From positions 15,872,001 to 15,936,000 of the forward strand of contig OZ249439.1 in the NCBI GenBank assembly GCA_965235115.1: a stretch of DNA of 64,000 nt. Reading direction: 5' to 3'. Below the pieces are notes generated by a model. It did no database searches. It worked only from the letters and a program-made list of their open reading frames with translations, and was not told the DNA's origin. Numbering within the stretch: the stretch's first letter is position 1; every line of letters starts with the position of its first letter. A program made the position numbers and the translations under genes. This stretch comes from Laetmonice hystrix. Lineage: Eukaryota. This document shows positions 26,427 through 37,298 of this stretch, piece after piece.

Positions 26427-26899
26427 TTGGATAGGAAGTAATTCTATGCTTCATAGGAAGTATAGAACCCGTTATGGCCATTCCTGATACATGGTTACGA
26501 GTGTTATAAGCTAAATCCTTTGTATTAATGGGGGCATATCTTGGTAAAATGTAACACTGTAAAACAGTGATTAAGCTACTACTTTGGAATGTCTATCATA
26601 CCAAATTTATTCACCTTTGGGTAGTACTACAAGATGGTACTAGTGACAATTTGCCCCCCAAACTGGTACCGATCAACCTATCTGGCTCATGGACTAGATG
26701 AGACCCGGCCTGCTCTTATATTGACATGCCAGAGCCGAAAGGCCTCATCAGTCAGATTTCGTTTGAGTGCGATCTTACGTGAATATATACTGAATCTTTT
26801 GAAGTGCATCACAGAGTAGACAGTCCATCGCCCCCACTGCGATTTTTTCCTGGCAGAATATATAAATGGTGTACACAATCTTATATATACTCGAAAAAT

Positions 26900-27240
26900 C
26901 CCACGTGTGAAGAATATTGCTTCGCTTTCTAATGTATAAATTAAAAGACACGTCCTAATAAACCGATGGGACCACTGAAGGTTCTGAGATATACATGAGC
27001 GTCCTATATGTTTCATGGATTCAATCTGTCGACGATCCATGTAAGTGTTTGTAATATGCGCGTTCATTCCCTGTACTTTATTCAACCTTTCATTCATCGT
27101 TAGAGTCTCTTGAACTTGCTTATGTCAAGCCCGTCGTTTGCTCTGTGTTACAACACTTCAGCAAGCCGTCCTTGTTCAGTCCGTTGATGTTCACAACCCC
27201 GAATGTAAAGCTTTGCTCGTTATGTAAAAAACATAACCAA
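26900..27240 (-). mobile_element. Possible decayed N-terminus of a LINE APE endonuclease
   Basis: Minus-frame FTFGVVNINGL resembles the (I)GTxNVxGL start of APE domains; the remainder is broken. Confidence 0.3.
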
Positions 27241-27567
27241 CTATTCTATAAGATGTCTCTGTTCTCTAGCACGCATTTGTACATCTTAGATATTCGATAT
27301 CAGGGAGTCGGGAATTGTGTGAATTAGTCTTGTTTTTATTCTTTACTTACAGTCTCTGTCAGTGCCGCAGAGATACAATTCCCGTGGAGTGTTCTTACTG
27401 TCGTTTTGCCGAACTTAGGCGAAGCCAAAGTTGGGCATGTGATGTTACAGATGTAGGACATGGTTATTGAAGGGAATACAGCCATGTTATCAGAGATAGA
27501 CATGGCAGCCATGATAGTACAACGATGATAAATAAAACATGTTGACGGAGGTTGAATGTTGTATACG

Positions 27568-27770
27568 ACTGTTTGTTGGGATTATTCTATTGTAACTAAG
27601 AATGGCTCGGAGTTAAGTGGTCACGTCATCGGTCGGTGTTCACTGTTCATAACGTTATTAACTGTTTGTTGGGATTATTCTATTGTAACTAAGAATGGCT
27701 CGGAGATAAGTGGTCACGTCATCGGTCGGTCACAGAATGTTCTGCTTATGTTCACTGTTCATAACGTTAT
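27568..27770. repeat. Imperfect tandem duplication, about 93-bp period x2
   Basis: actgtttgttgggattattctattgtaactaagaatggctcggag.taagtggtcacgtcatcggtcggt occurs at 27568 and 27661. Confidence 0.9.
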
Positions 27771-28481
27771 TAACACCGTGTTAATTCTACGTCTTAGAGA
27801 AACGTCGGTATATCATTTTTGTATCTTTCTCATGATCTTTGAAAAGACAGAGAACAAAACTAACGAACGATATATGAGCATTATGTTTGATTGGAAAGCG
27901 TACCTTAAACCCACCGATTCGTTATGAAACGGTGGAACCTATAACTGAATGCCGTTAGAGGATAACAAAATGACAAATTTATGGCGGTAAAAATCTCCGC
28001 CACTGCAGACGATCGGACGTGGAGGTGAATGGTTCGACCAGGTCGATATTCTCGTATTAACAGCTCAATTTGCAGTAATATGTAGGCCGACTGCATGGCT
28101 GAGGTGTACGTCAGCCAGTGGCCTGGGTTCTGACTCAGGTCTCCAGGATAACAGCCTCATAAATACATGAAATATGAGCTAGCATCCACTCAGCAGAGAT
28201 GATACCCGTGTCTTTATGACCACACCGACCATTCGGCTATAACAGCCGTATTGAATGTCGGACAATGATTGCATCGAACATGTGTCAATGGTGCTGCAAT
28301 CTGAACCTCTTGGCTGTTTGCTATAAGATGTGTTTGCAAGGATATCGGTTGTAAATCTCCGCCAGAATCCATAAGTGTAGATCATAAAGAGAATTTACCT
28401 GCTGTTTAACCATCGTTATATTCACGAACGGTCAGCCACAGGAGAGTGGCAACCGTCGTAAATCATCCCTCCTCTCACCAC

Positions 28482-28489
28482 CCGGAAGC
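28482..28489 (+). promoter_or_regulatory. ETS-type motif CCGGAAGC in a short GC-rich patch; candidate promoter
   Basis: cccggaagcggcccag lies about 70 bp from a minus-strand ATG GTT AAA CAG CAG|gtaaat. This is a single motif and the evidence is weak. Confidence 0.25.
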
Positions 28490-31249
28490 GGCCCAGAATA
28501 GCCGGCTCAATTCACCTAGTTTATTTTCTATATTTCACACTAAGACTCTTCATATGACAGGTCGGCATGTAAAATCAGTCTTCACTAGCATCTATCACGT
28601 TCGCTGGCTCATTTATGTTTTGGGTTGGTCCGAATATTATTAATAAATGTGAAGAGGCTTTCAAACGGCTTGGGGCAGAGCTGTACAGTTAGATTTCTTA
28701 TCTAATATGCAATCACGAATTTAAATGTATACATACTGAATAAAACTGTTTTTAGGGGTTAAACGCGATCTGTTGTGTATATATACATCTCAGTCAGTTT
28801 AACGAAAAAAATAATTATATAGGCCGTTATGGGACGAGGTTTAACTAGGAAGCAGTGTTACACAACATTTTGAAGGGGGGGGGGGGGTCAAGATCCCCGA
28901 TGTGATGTGGGGCTTTCACCGCCACATCCTCGCCCCCCCCCTGCGAAAAATCCCGCACACGCGCCTGAATATCATCTATTAAATGGAGTGTAAAAAACAT
29001 GGGATCACTTATCTTAGCATAACGGGAAAAATCTGTGCGGGGATCGCTTGGGGGATTGCATTATACTGTGTTAAAATGAATAGTAAAACATGATTAATGA
29101 ATCATTTCTTTTTTTAGTTTACTTGCAATCATCCCTGTAAAGGCTAACGATGTTTCTGAAATATAACAGAACACGCACATATATGTTGGCGTTAATGTGC
29201 CTAGATAGCTTTTAATTGCTGGTATTAATGAGGCGGCAAATGGCAAGGTACATTAGCTACTTAATTGCCAGTAAACTATAAACTGACATAATCTTTCAAT
29301 CAATAATTAATGACAATGTCACCAATCATAAAACCGGAGTGATACATCCCGCATCGATCCTGACAAATCGACTCCAGAAGGCGTTTAAACGTCACGCATG
29401 CTTTGATCGATTTGTTAAGAAGGAAGCATGTTCAATCAATACCAGATGGAGCTGAAGCAACTAATCAGGGTAAAGGTCTGCTGAATGTGCACTGATTTGG
29501 CCAATCAGAAAGGGTAACCCTAGTACTTAACCTTTTCATGAAAACCTTTGGCTGAACTCTCACCACTGTCAATAAATGATGACCAATTTCAATTTAGAAT
29601 ATTAGTTGTTTGCCTTCTTAGTCTCGAAGAATTGGCGCAGTAAATTGGACGGAGGGCATGTTGTGGGAGAAACCAGCTTAGAAGGAACTTCGCATAGTTT
29701 TAAATCATCCTGAAATTTTCTCTTTGATGAACATGGCATACACTTCAGAAGAGCTACCATTCGCTTTCACAGCGAAACGTGGGTGAAAAGCAAAGTCCTA
29801 CTTTATCGCAAGACAAAATCACCTGATTGTTACTTCAGGTTGTCCTAGATACACGCCCATAAACAAGTAGATAAAACATATCTTGGAAACCTGTTATGAT
29901 TAGAGGGAAGTGGCCAGTTGGATTTACAGGTCTTGTGATGTTTGGACCAGCATTGGAGCGAGTGTCTCCCCACAATGTAACTGCCGTTTTCTTGTGGGTT
30001 GGCTGGTTCGTAGGCTATGTGATGGATATTATGAGTGGCGTATCATAGGGGAGCATAACCAGAGATAAGACAGCTTTATCCGTCCTAAATCTCCCGGTTT
30101 ATGGGCCATGTGTCTCTCGAAGGGCCCATTTGATGTACGGGATTGCTCAAAAGACGCTGAACAACACTGGTCAATGGGGAACGTGGGGAAATCACTGGGC
30201 CATGTTTAGTAATCTATGCGTCTGGTTTCATGGCTTTCTTTGACGATACAGCTTATCAAGTGTTTTATAGGTCCAAGGAACCGAGCACAGATCCCCATGG
30301 CTTGACGCTGTGTTGATGTTATATTTATACACAATTTAAGATATGTTTTGTGAATCCTTGCAAACCGTGCCGATCACGTCGGTGTCCAGGTAGTCCGTCG
30401 ATAGGCCGCCATTACCTCGGCTCCATCTAATGGTTTATGTATGAGAAGATACCACAGTTTCCACAACAGGTTTAGTGATCAGCTCACTAGCACGCCCTCA
30501 CCCTTTGTACTTAATGCTAAACAAATGAGACAGGCACCAACTGCGTGCACCGGAGATGGCTCCTGTTTGAAAGGTCACAGGGTCAGCGTTCATTCACTTC
30601 GTGTCCTCGCCAACAGATCATTCTGTGCCCTCCCTGTTGCGTGGATGAATAGGTGGCGAGAGAGACACGTGACACATGACGGAAACATGGCAGTTCATTT
30701 AAAGGATGGTAGCGAGGGAGACAGACTTGAAACAAACCCGACACCCAGTGCAGTGAATTGAAACGAAACAGCGGGACTTTGACATTTCATTTTGACAGAA
30801 CGTTGTCATATCAATATTGTCGTTTCTGTACGTTTTTCATCTCTAAACGTAACAGTTATAGAATGACAGTAAAGGGACATCAAAACATTAAACATTATAC
30901 CTGTGGCCCCTAGCCTCTCACAATCCTCTCCTCAATAACATCATATGAGAGCCAACTCTACCGAGTCGGGTTTCCTCGACCAAATCCAGAAAGGAATTAT
31001 TTCAATAAATTCACTAGATTTCAGTAAATATCAACCACTGTTTGAATTTTATATCAAACATTTACATAAAATAGCTACAAACACCCCACCCCCACCCCCA
31101 CCCCCACCCCCACACATGTTACTTATTGACGTGGTCGTAGTTCCTCCCAACCGCCGCGATCACACGACAGGAGAAATTACCAGCTTCTCATCCCATCTAA
31201 GTCGTATGCACTCCACCCACCTCTGTATACCATGCAGCGCACACACTGC

Positions 31250-31690
31250 CGTGCCCCACCCTCCCTGCGGACAGAGGACGTCAGTTCGTGTTCATGTACA
31301 ATACGTCACCGACGGGTTGTCACCTTCGTCACAGTGTCTGATCCTGAGGTGGTTCCAGGAGAGGTAGTTCAGAACTAACGAAAGACACGGGTCAAAACCT
31401 TGGGTCCAGTCTTCATCATGGCATATAAAATACCATCGAATACAGCGGCGAACAATAGCATGTGTATCAAAGTCAATCCTAAAGCCCACCACACACTGTC
31501 GAGACTTTGAACAACCTGACAATCGGCAACTGGTTGGCGACTTTCAGTGTCCACAACTGATCGCCGCACATACTCGCGACCAACCCCAGCACACTGTCAC
31601 GACTGGCACTCACGACTTTGGGTGGCGACACAAATAACCTTATCGTCATGTGACGGCGCGGTGTTCGCTGATTGGTTGACGCCTCCAAAT
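31250..31690 (+). mobile_element. Decayed CR1/L2-type APE endonuclease fragment
   Basis: RGRQFVFMY, VFIMAYKIPSN (like VYRPPN) and LVGDFQCPQL (like GDFNCP) occur in order across broken frames. Confidence 0.45.
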
Positions 31691-31693
31691 CCA

Positions 31694-31820
31694 GGCCCTG
31701 GTTTACAAACAAATTCAAGTTCATTTTAATTAACTTGAAATCCATTTTAACCAATCAGATTCAAATAAAAGTGACTTCAATTTAATTCCAATGGACTTGA
31801 CTTTGGTTGTGAACTGGGCC
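31694..31820. mobile_element. MITE, inverted homolog of 7205-7341, followed after CAG by the left end of a second GGCTCGGTTTC element
   Basis: Shares ttttaattaacttgaaatccattttaaccaatca.attcaa with the reverse complement of the 7205 copy. Confidence 0.75.
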
Positions 31821-34800
31821 CAGGGCTCGGTTTCAGAATGGTTAGCAACTTAACTATTATTCTTCAATAGTCGCCAGAAATTAGTGGAGACTGCAACCAG
31901 TCTTCAGAGTTGGCGACTTTTCAGTTTCGTGGAGTTACTGAAAGTCTCCACTGAACGTAACAAGATCAAGACTGTCGGGATTGTGTAGGTGATGGTGTAT
32001 AGAGGAAGTGAATGTCGGCGTCAGGTGATAATTATCAGGATATAGTCGCCATGACAACACCAACCAGATGGTATAGATGCTTGGCCATTAAGACTAAAGT
32101 GTAGGAGTCTCAGGAAATACATCAATGACTTGAGAGAAATATCAGGTTCTCTTAATGTTACAACGTACGGTATGATTGCATGTCTCATGTAGCCGAGGTT
32201 AGGCGCAGAGATAGGGAGAGAGAGAGAGTATAATGTAACGGACAATAAGGGCTAAAGGCAGCTCATGTGCATTGTTACTTGTACTGTAATTAGTAGCTTT
32301 CTGTAGAACGATCAGCTGCAAGAAGTGATGGCACTGTGAGCTTGGAGTTGTGAGTAGTATACGAAAAAGTTAGTCCATTTGCATGTGCAGGGAGGCGTTT
32401 AAAATGTAAAATTTGTGTAGAAGTGTTTTAACGGCGGCTACCCTGAAATAAATAGCGTGACAGAGTAGTTCGTAGGTTTAAGCGAATAAAATAATTTCGA
32501 TTTCAAAGGTCTATATTGTCCAGCTATTGATTAAAACAGCCTGCCTTCAGCATTTCTAAAACATGGGTTGTGGAACTTTACGATATTGTTCAGACATCTG
32601 TGTGTTCGCGACGCAAGCCAGAAGTATTATTTAATGGTATTGCATTGATGGATGTTGCTGAAAATTATATGTCATTGAGATAGTAAGGTAGTGACCAACG
32701 AAAACGACTTTCTGCATAGTTCCACTATAAAGGCGAAAGTTTGAAAGTTTGAATAAATAATTTAGTTTCATGAGATTAAGCTTGTTGTGCTTTCCATCGA
32801 AAGTTGATGGAAGTTGATGAATCGAAATTGAAAAACTTTGATTCTGCCTCTATTGATATGCATACATGTACTAGCACCACCAGTACTTTTAAACCGGAGT
32901 GCTTTGTGCTAATGCATTTTCTTTCAAAACTGATGGTTTTAATATTTGTCCTGAGGGAAAAGAGGAGTATCCCATTGTGCAGTTCAATCATGAAGGGTTA
33001 CTTTTTCAATTTGTATGATACTGAATCCAGACAGTAGTTCTCAGCGGCAGTCAGGGTGTTGACTAGAGAAAGACAGAAGCGTGATTCTGTTGTTAGCGTG
33101 GGGATCATTCGTTCAGAAAGATTGTGAATGCCTCTGTATCATATCTTTACACATCAAACTGGGCTGCAACTTATGAGAAGCATCCTCAGAAGTTTATACC
33201 GTTAATTTTAACTCCAGTTATAAATGCAGTTTTATTGATAATCTTCAATTCCACCTAAGTTCATTTGTATTTGTGAGAGAGTTTTGCATTGTACCATTCG
33301 AAATTGCTTTGAATTTCAAAGTCCTTTGCTGAAACTGAAGGAAACTACGAATTAATGTCAGTAGTAATTGCTGCTTTCAATCTGAGGTTGATGAGATCTT
33401 GTTGCAATTCTCCGTTTTTAGTCCGCAGGAGGTCGTTTAGCGACAGTCGGTGCGCAGAAAAAGGTAATTGTTGCGGAGATTTGCAGGAAATTGCCGTGTA
33501 AGGTCGCGGCCTGTTGTCGATTACAGAGGGGTAGACACAAACACACAGTGGTCAAGGACAGGTCGGATCAGGGAGGGCAGCAGCAGCGTACCGCTAATTT
33601 ACACATCCACAAATATGTCTGATTGTAGAACGCTGACTTGAGCTTCTATTCATTCATGGAGCTTGAACAAAGCTGTTGGGCAGAAAATAAAAACACCCAA
33701 TTTAAGCTTTTTGCCTTATTCATATGGCCAGGGTAAATTAGAGGTATCGTTCCGTAAGAAATGTAAAATGCGTTCTGTCCGTCGCAAATGAACAATCTTT
33801 ATTAAACCGTTCAGGGTGGCACAAACGTGTGGTTAAAATGTCTGGCTACTTTACGTCATAAATATCAGACCTGATTGAGCATGATGTTATGTTGTCAGGG
33901 TTGTTTAATGTCATCAAATGTAAAAATTATTTTCCACTGTCTGGTCTCCCTGAGCGCTTCTCATATCCATACTAGCAGGACCGTGCTAGGTGCACTACGT
34001 GTATCTATGTACCCACAAAACTGAAAAGGAGATGACTTTCCGTAAGGGTTCAGAATCTCATGTGAAGACACCATGTCTCCAGTGAAGGTGGTCATATAGT
34101 AATTGATTCCTGCGGTCATATAGTAATTGATTCCTGTGTTGGCCTGTATGTCGAGTATTTCTCTTACTGTACACCAACCGATGCTTGCCTTGATTGAGCC
34201 GGCGGCTGGCAGGATCGTGAACGGGGACACAGCCATCCAGGGCGTCCAGTTCCGAAGCAGAGATAATTGCTTTGGTAGGGCCACCGATATGAGCCTATTG
34301 ACAGATTAATAGGGACAGTAGCTGATCCAGGGGGAGCAGGGGCGAAAATCGGAGATAAAGTCTCGGTTCCTCGTCTTTATAGACGGGCAATATGACTTGT
34401 TAAAACATATCTGTGGAGCAAAATTTTAAAAACGCATAGGGGAAGGTGTGCCAATAATGAATCAGGGTTTGCCTCCCGGCTATAACGTGGGCAGCCGGTA
34501 TCATTAAGGAGGAAGAGCACGGTGTGTTGTGATTGTAAACAAGCGTATTATCAAATTATTCAACGAGTCTTAGGTTTAGCGCTGGCAATCCTTGGTCTTT
34601 ACAGGTTTAAGAAAAAATGCTGCCATTGTACTAGTCTCGGACGGGTGTTGGCAGTGGATACCTTCATGTCGGTACACAACTGGCAGAGCTGATGCAGAGT
34701 TAACAGGGAAGACTTTTTGTCCTGTTATAAAATTCATGAAGCCAACATGAACACGGAAGCCTGCGGGGCAGCTTTCTGAGGTTAGGAATGTGCCACTAAC

Positions 34801-35031
34801 TAAACCATTATTAAGTACTTATAAATGAAACCGAACAATATATTTATGTCTCATCCATGTATTAGGCATTAGGACTATTAGAATTATTAGAACGTTTCAA
34901 TATGAAGGGTACTTGAACAAAACAGATCTCAGGCCGGAATGAAGGGTGAGCCTAATGATAAACGACAACATATTTGTGTATTCCAGCTTCAGTTGCAGAC
35001 TCAGCATGATTAATTCACAGGGTTTTAAAAG

Positions 35032-35708
35032 CTGATTGGGCCTTCTGTGAACGTTCCTCTGATTGGGTCCTCTGTGAACGTTCCTCTGATTGGGCCCTCT
35101 GTGAGCGTTCCTCTGATTGGGCCCTCCGTGAACGTTCCTCTGATTGGGCCCTCCGTAAACGTTCCTCTGATTGGGCCCTGCGTAAACGTTCCCCTGATTG
35201 GGCCCTCTGTGAGCGTTCCTCTGATTGGGCCCTCTGTGAACGTTCCACTGATTGGGCCCTGCGTAAATGTTCCTCTGATTGGGCCCTCTGTGAATGTTCC
35301 TCTGATTGGGCCCTGCGTAAACGTTCCCCTGATTGGGCCCTCTGTGAGCGTTCCTCTGATTGGGCCCTCTGTGAACGTTCCACTGATTGGGCCCTGCGTG
35401 AACGTTCGTCTGATTGGGCCCTCTGTGAACGTTCCTCTGATTGGGCCCTCTGTGAACGTTCCTCTGATTGGGCCCTCTGTGAACGTTCCTCTGATTGGGC
35501 CCTCTGTGAACGTTCCTCTGATTGGGCCCTCTGTGAACGTTCCTCTGATTGGGCCCTCTGTGAACGTTCCTCTGATTGGGCCCTCTGTGAACGTTCCTCT
35601 GATTGGGCCCTCTGTGAACGTTCCTCTGATTGGGCCCTCTGTGAACGTTCCTTTGATTGGGCCCTCTGTGAACGTTCCTCTGATTGGGCCCTCTGTGAAC
35701 GTTCCTCT
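35032..35708. repeat. Minisatellite, 27-bp unit, about 25 copies
   Basis: Unit ctgattgggccctctgtgaacgttcct. The array produces the 273-341 aa repetitive ORFs on both strands. Confidence 0.97.
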
Positions 35709-35719
35709 TGGCGGCTACA

Positions 35720-36230
35720 AAAGGCTGACTGACCGCCACATCCAGGCAAATCGAAATATTGGTTCTGTGCGACATCCATCTTTTTCAGAGAGCGGTGCCA
35801 GCCTGGTGGTTGGCCAGCCGGGTCCGTGTTTGACATGGCCCGGGGCCAGGTCGGCTAGGGACAGGAAGCGAACGCCTTCCAGGAGACATCATATATTAGA
35901 ACGTCCGTGTGATAAGAGCACTTTTCATTTTTCGCTCCATATTGGTATTATGTGTAGAGGAGAGCAGGGAGTATTGTTTGCGGGCATGACCCGTCCCACG
36001 GATGAAGTATGTCGGAAGTCTGGCCCAAGGCAAGGTCATATATGCTCATTGATTGACAACCGTTCACACTAAGCACTGGGCTGGCGGATTCATGTATGAT
36101 CCGGCCTTCAGGCGTAATCCATTTGGCTTCACGAAATGTCGCTAAAAAGGTGTCATGGTTCCCTACGAAATGACGCCTTCGTAGATGGGATTTTTCTCGG
36201 TCTATGAGAATTGTTTTAGACATAACAGTA
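35720..36230 (-). mobile_element. Possible decayed CR1-like RT fragment adjoining the 27-bp array
   Basis: AKWITPEGR..VLSVNGCQS resembles LxWIxxFLxxRxQxVxVNGxxS, with NEKC downstream. Weak. Confidence 0.3.
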
Positions 36231-36928
36231 TAAAAAGGGAAACGCCGGACGTACTATTGTGATAAAAATAATAGTTATGGGGATTCTGCTTGGAAAATGA
36301 TAACATTAATGCAGATGCCCCTGTAAATATTAGTCCAGCTGCACTAGCCTGCCCAGTGAGTTGTCTTACTGACATACCGAGTTGGGAACTCCATTTACTC
36401 AGTCCTGCAGAATGTTATTTGCTCACAGTCATCCATGTTTAAGAAACATTTATTGCGGACGGCCACGGACATTTCAAGGCACCAGAAGTCTTATATGAAG
36501 AGGCATGGGAGTTCCGTATTTATGAGGGTTCGATATGCAGCACACTTCTCTCGCTAGAGTGAAATCATTCCCTAGCTGCCGCCCTTCCATGGCCTACGTG
36601 AGTTTGGGTAATGACTCTGATTTAAGGGCGTGATCACTTACAATTTGACATGTAATTATGGTGACGTTTATTTCAGCACTGTTACTCCAGAATCTTCGAG
36701 TAGAGCCTTGCCTTCACATATAGATCCGACCTCCTGCAGTCGTGACCCCATGCAATTGGTGTCAGCTGTAGCATTTGGCTCTGGTCGCTACTCTTGCGAT
36801 CAGTGAGAAATTGCTGGTGGTTATCACAGCTTGCCATGCTGTGTAGCTTATCTGCCCTCCACCCTGGCGCTGAAGATAGATGATGGAAGGATTGCTCAAT
36901 GTTGTCGCTCCAATTCCTATTGTTCTCT

Positions 36929-37298
36929 GGTCCCCCGGGAAGTCGTAGGTAGGGTGAAAGCGTATACTGGCTTGGTGGCGTTGCCTTTAAAGGTCCCCCG
37001 GGAAGTCGTAGGTAGGGTGGAAGCATATACTGGCTTGGTGGCGTGGCCTTTGAAGGTCCCCCGGGAAGTTGTAGGTAGGGTAGAAGCGTATACTGGCTTG
37101 GTGGCGTTGCCTTTGAAGGTCCCCCGGGAAGTTGTAGGTAGGGTAGAAGCGTATACTGGCTTGGTGGCGTGGCCTTTGAAGGTCCCCCGGGAAGTTGTAG
37201 GTAGGGTAGAAGCGTATACTGGCTTGGTGGCGTTGCCTTTGAAGTTCCCCCGGGAAGTCGTAGGTAGGGTGGAAGCGTATACTGACTTGGTGGCGTGG
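36929..37298. repeat. Minisatellite, 63-bp unit, about 6 copies
   Basis: ggtcccccgggaagt(c/t)gtaggtagggt... starts at 36929, 36992, 37055, 37118, 37181 and 37244. Confidence 0.95.

Larger units (their letters stand above)
22956..26696. mobile_element. Non-autonomous TIR DNA transposon, Academ-like, 3741 bp, with nested cargo
   Basis: 17-bp perfect TIR TAGTCCATGAGCCAGAT / ATCTGGCTCATGGACTA. Subterminal inverted block ATCGGTACCAGTTTGGGGGGCAAATT at both ends. 3-bp TSD GAT at 22953-22955 and 26697-26699. The superfamily call is inferred from the TAG termini and 3-bp TSD. Confidence 0.8.

Noticed and set aside
26727-26751. Hammerhead ribozyme on the minus strand (CTGATGAG-GCC-TTTC-GGC)
   Set aside because: Stem II is present but is followed by TCTGG rather than the essential GAAA, and there is no stem III or cleavage triplet.
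29428-29470. First exon of the FRMPD4-like gene (MFNQYQMELKQLIR|gtaaag)
   Set aside because: The donor is phase 0, incompatible with the phase-2 acceptor at 46060 unless an unseen exon intervenes.
29744-29795. Penelope-type hammerhead-like motif CAGAAGAG-CT...AG-CGAAACGT
   Set aside because: The core reads CAGA instead of CUGA, the cleavage-site nucleotide would be G, and stem I is poor. At best a dead relic.
31688-31699. NPGP 2A-like motif
   Set aside because: The upstream residues (WLTPP) lack GD(V/I)E, and the motif arises at the MITE junction.
32400-33500. LINE ORF1-like coiled-coil remnant on the minus strand
   Set aside because: Suggestive (LNDLLRTKNGELQQDLINLRLK), but it has many stops and no diagnostic motif.
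34897-36072. Long ORFs of 273-341 aa as real genes
   Set aside because: They are fully explained by a stop-free 27-bp repeat, with no recognisable domain or splice context.
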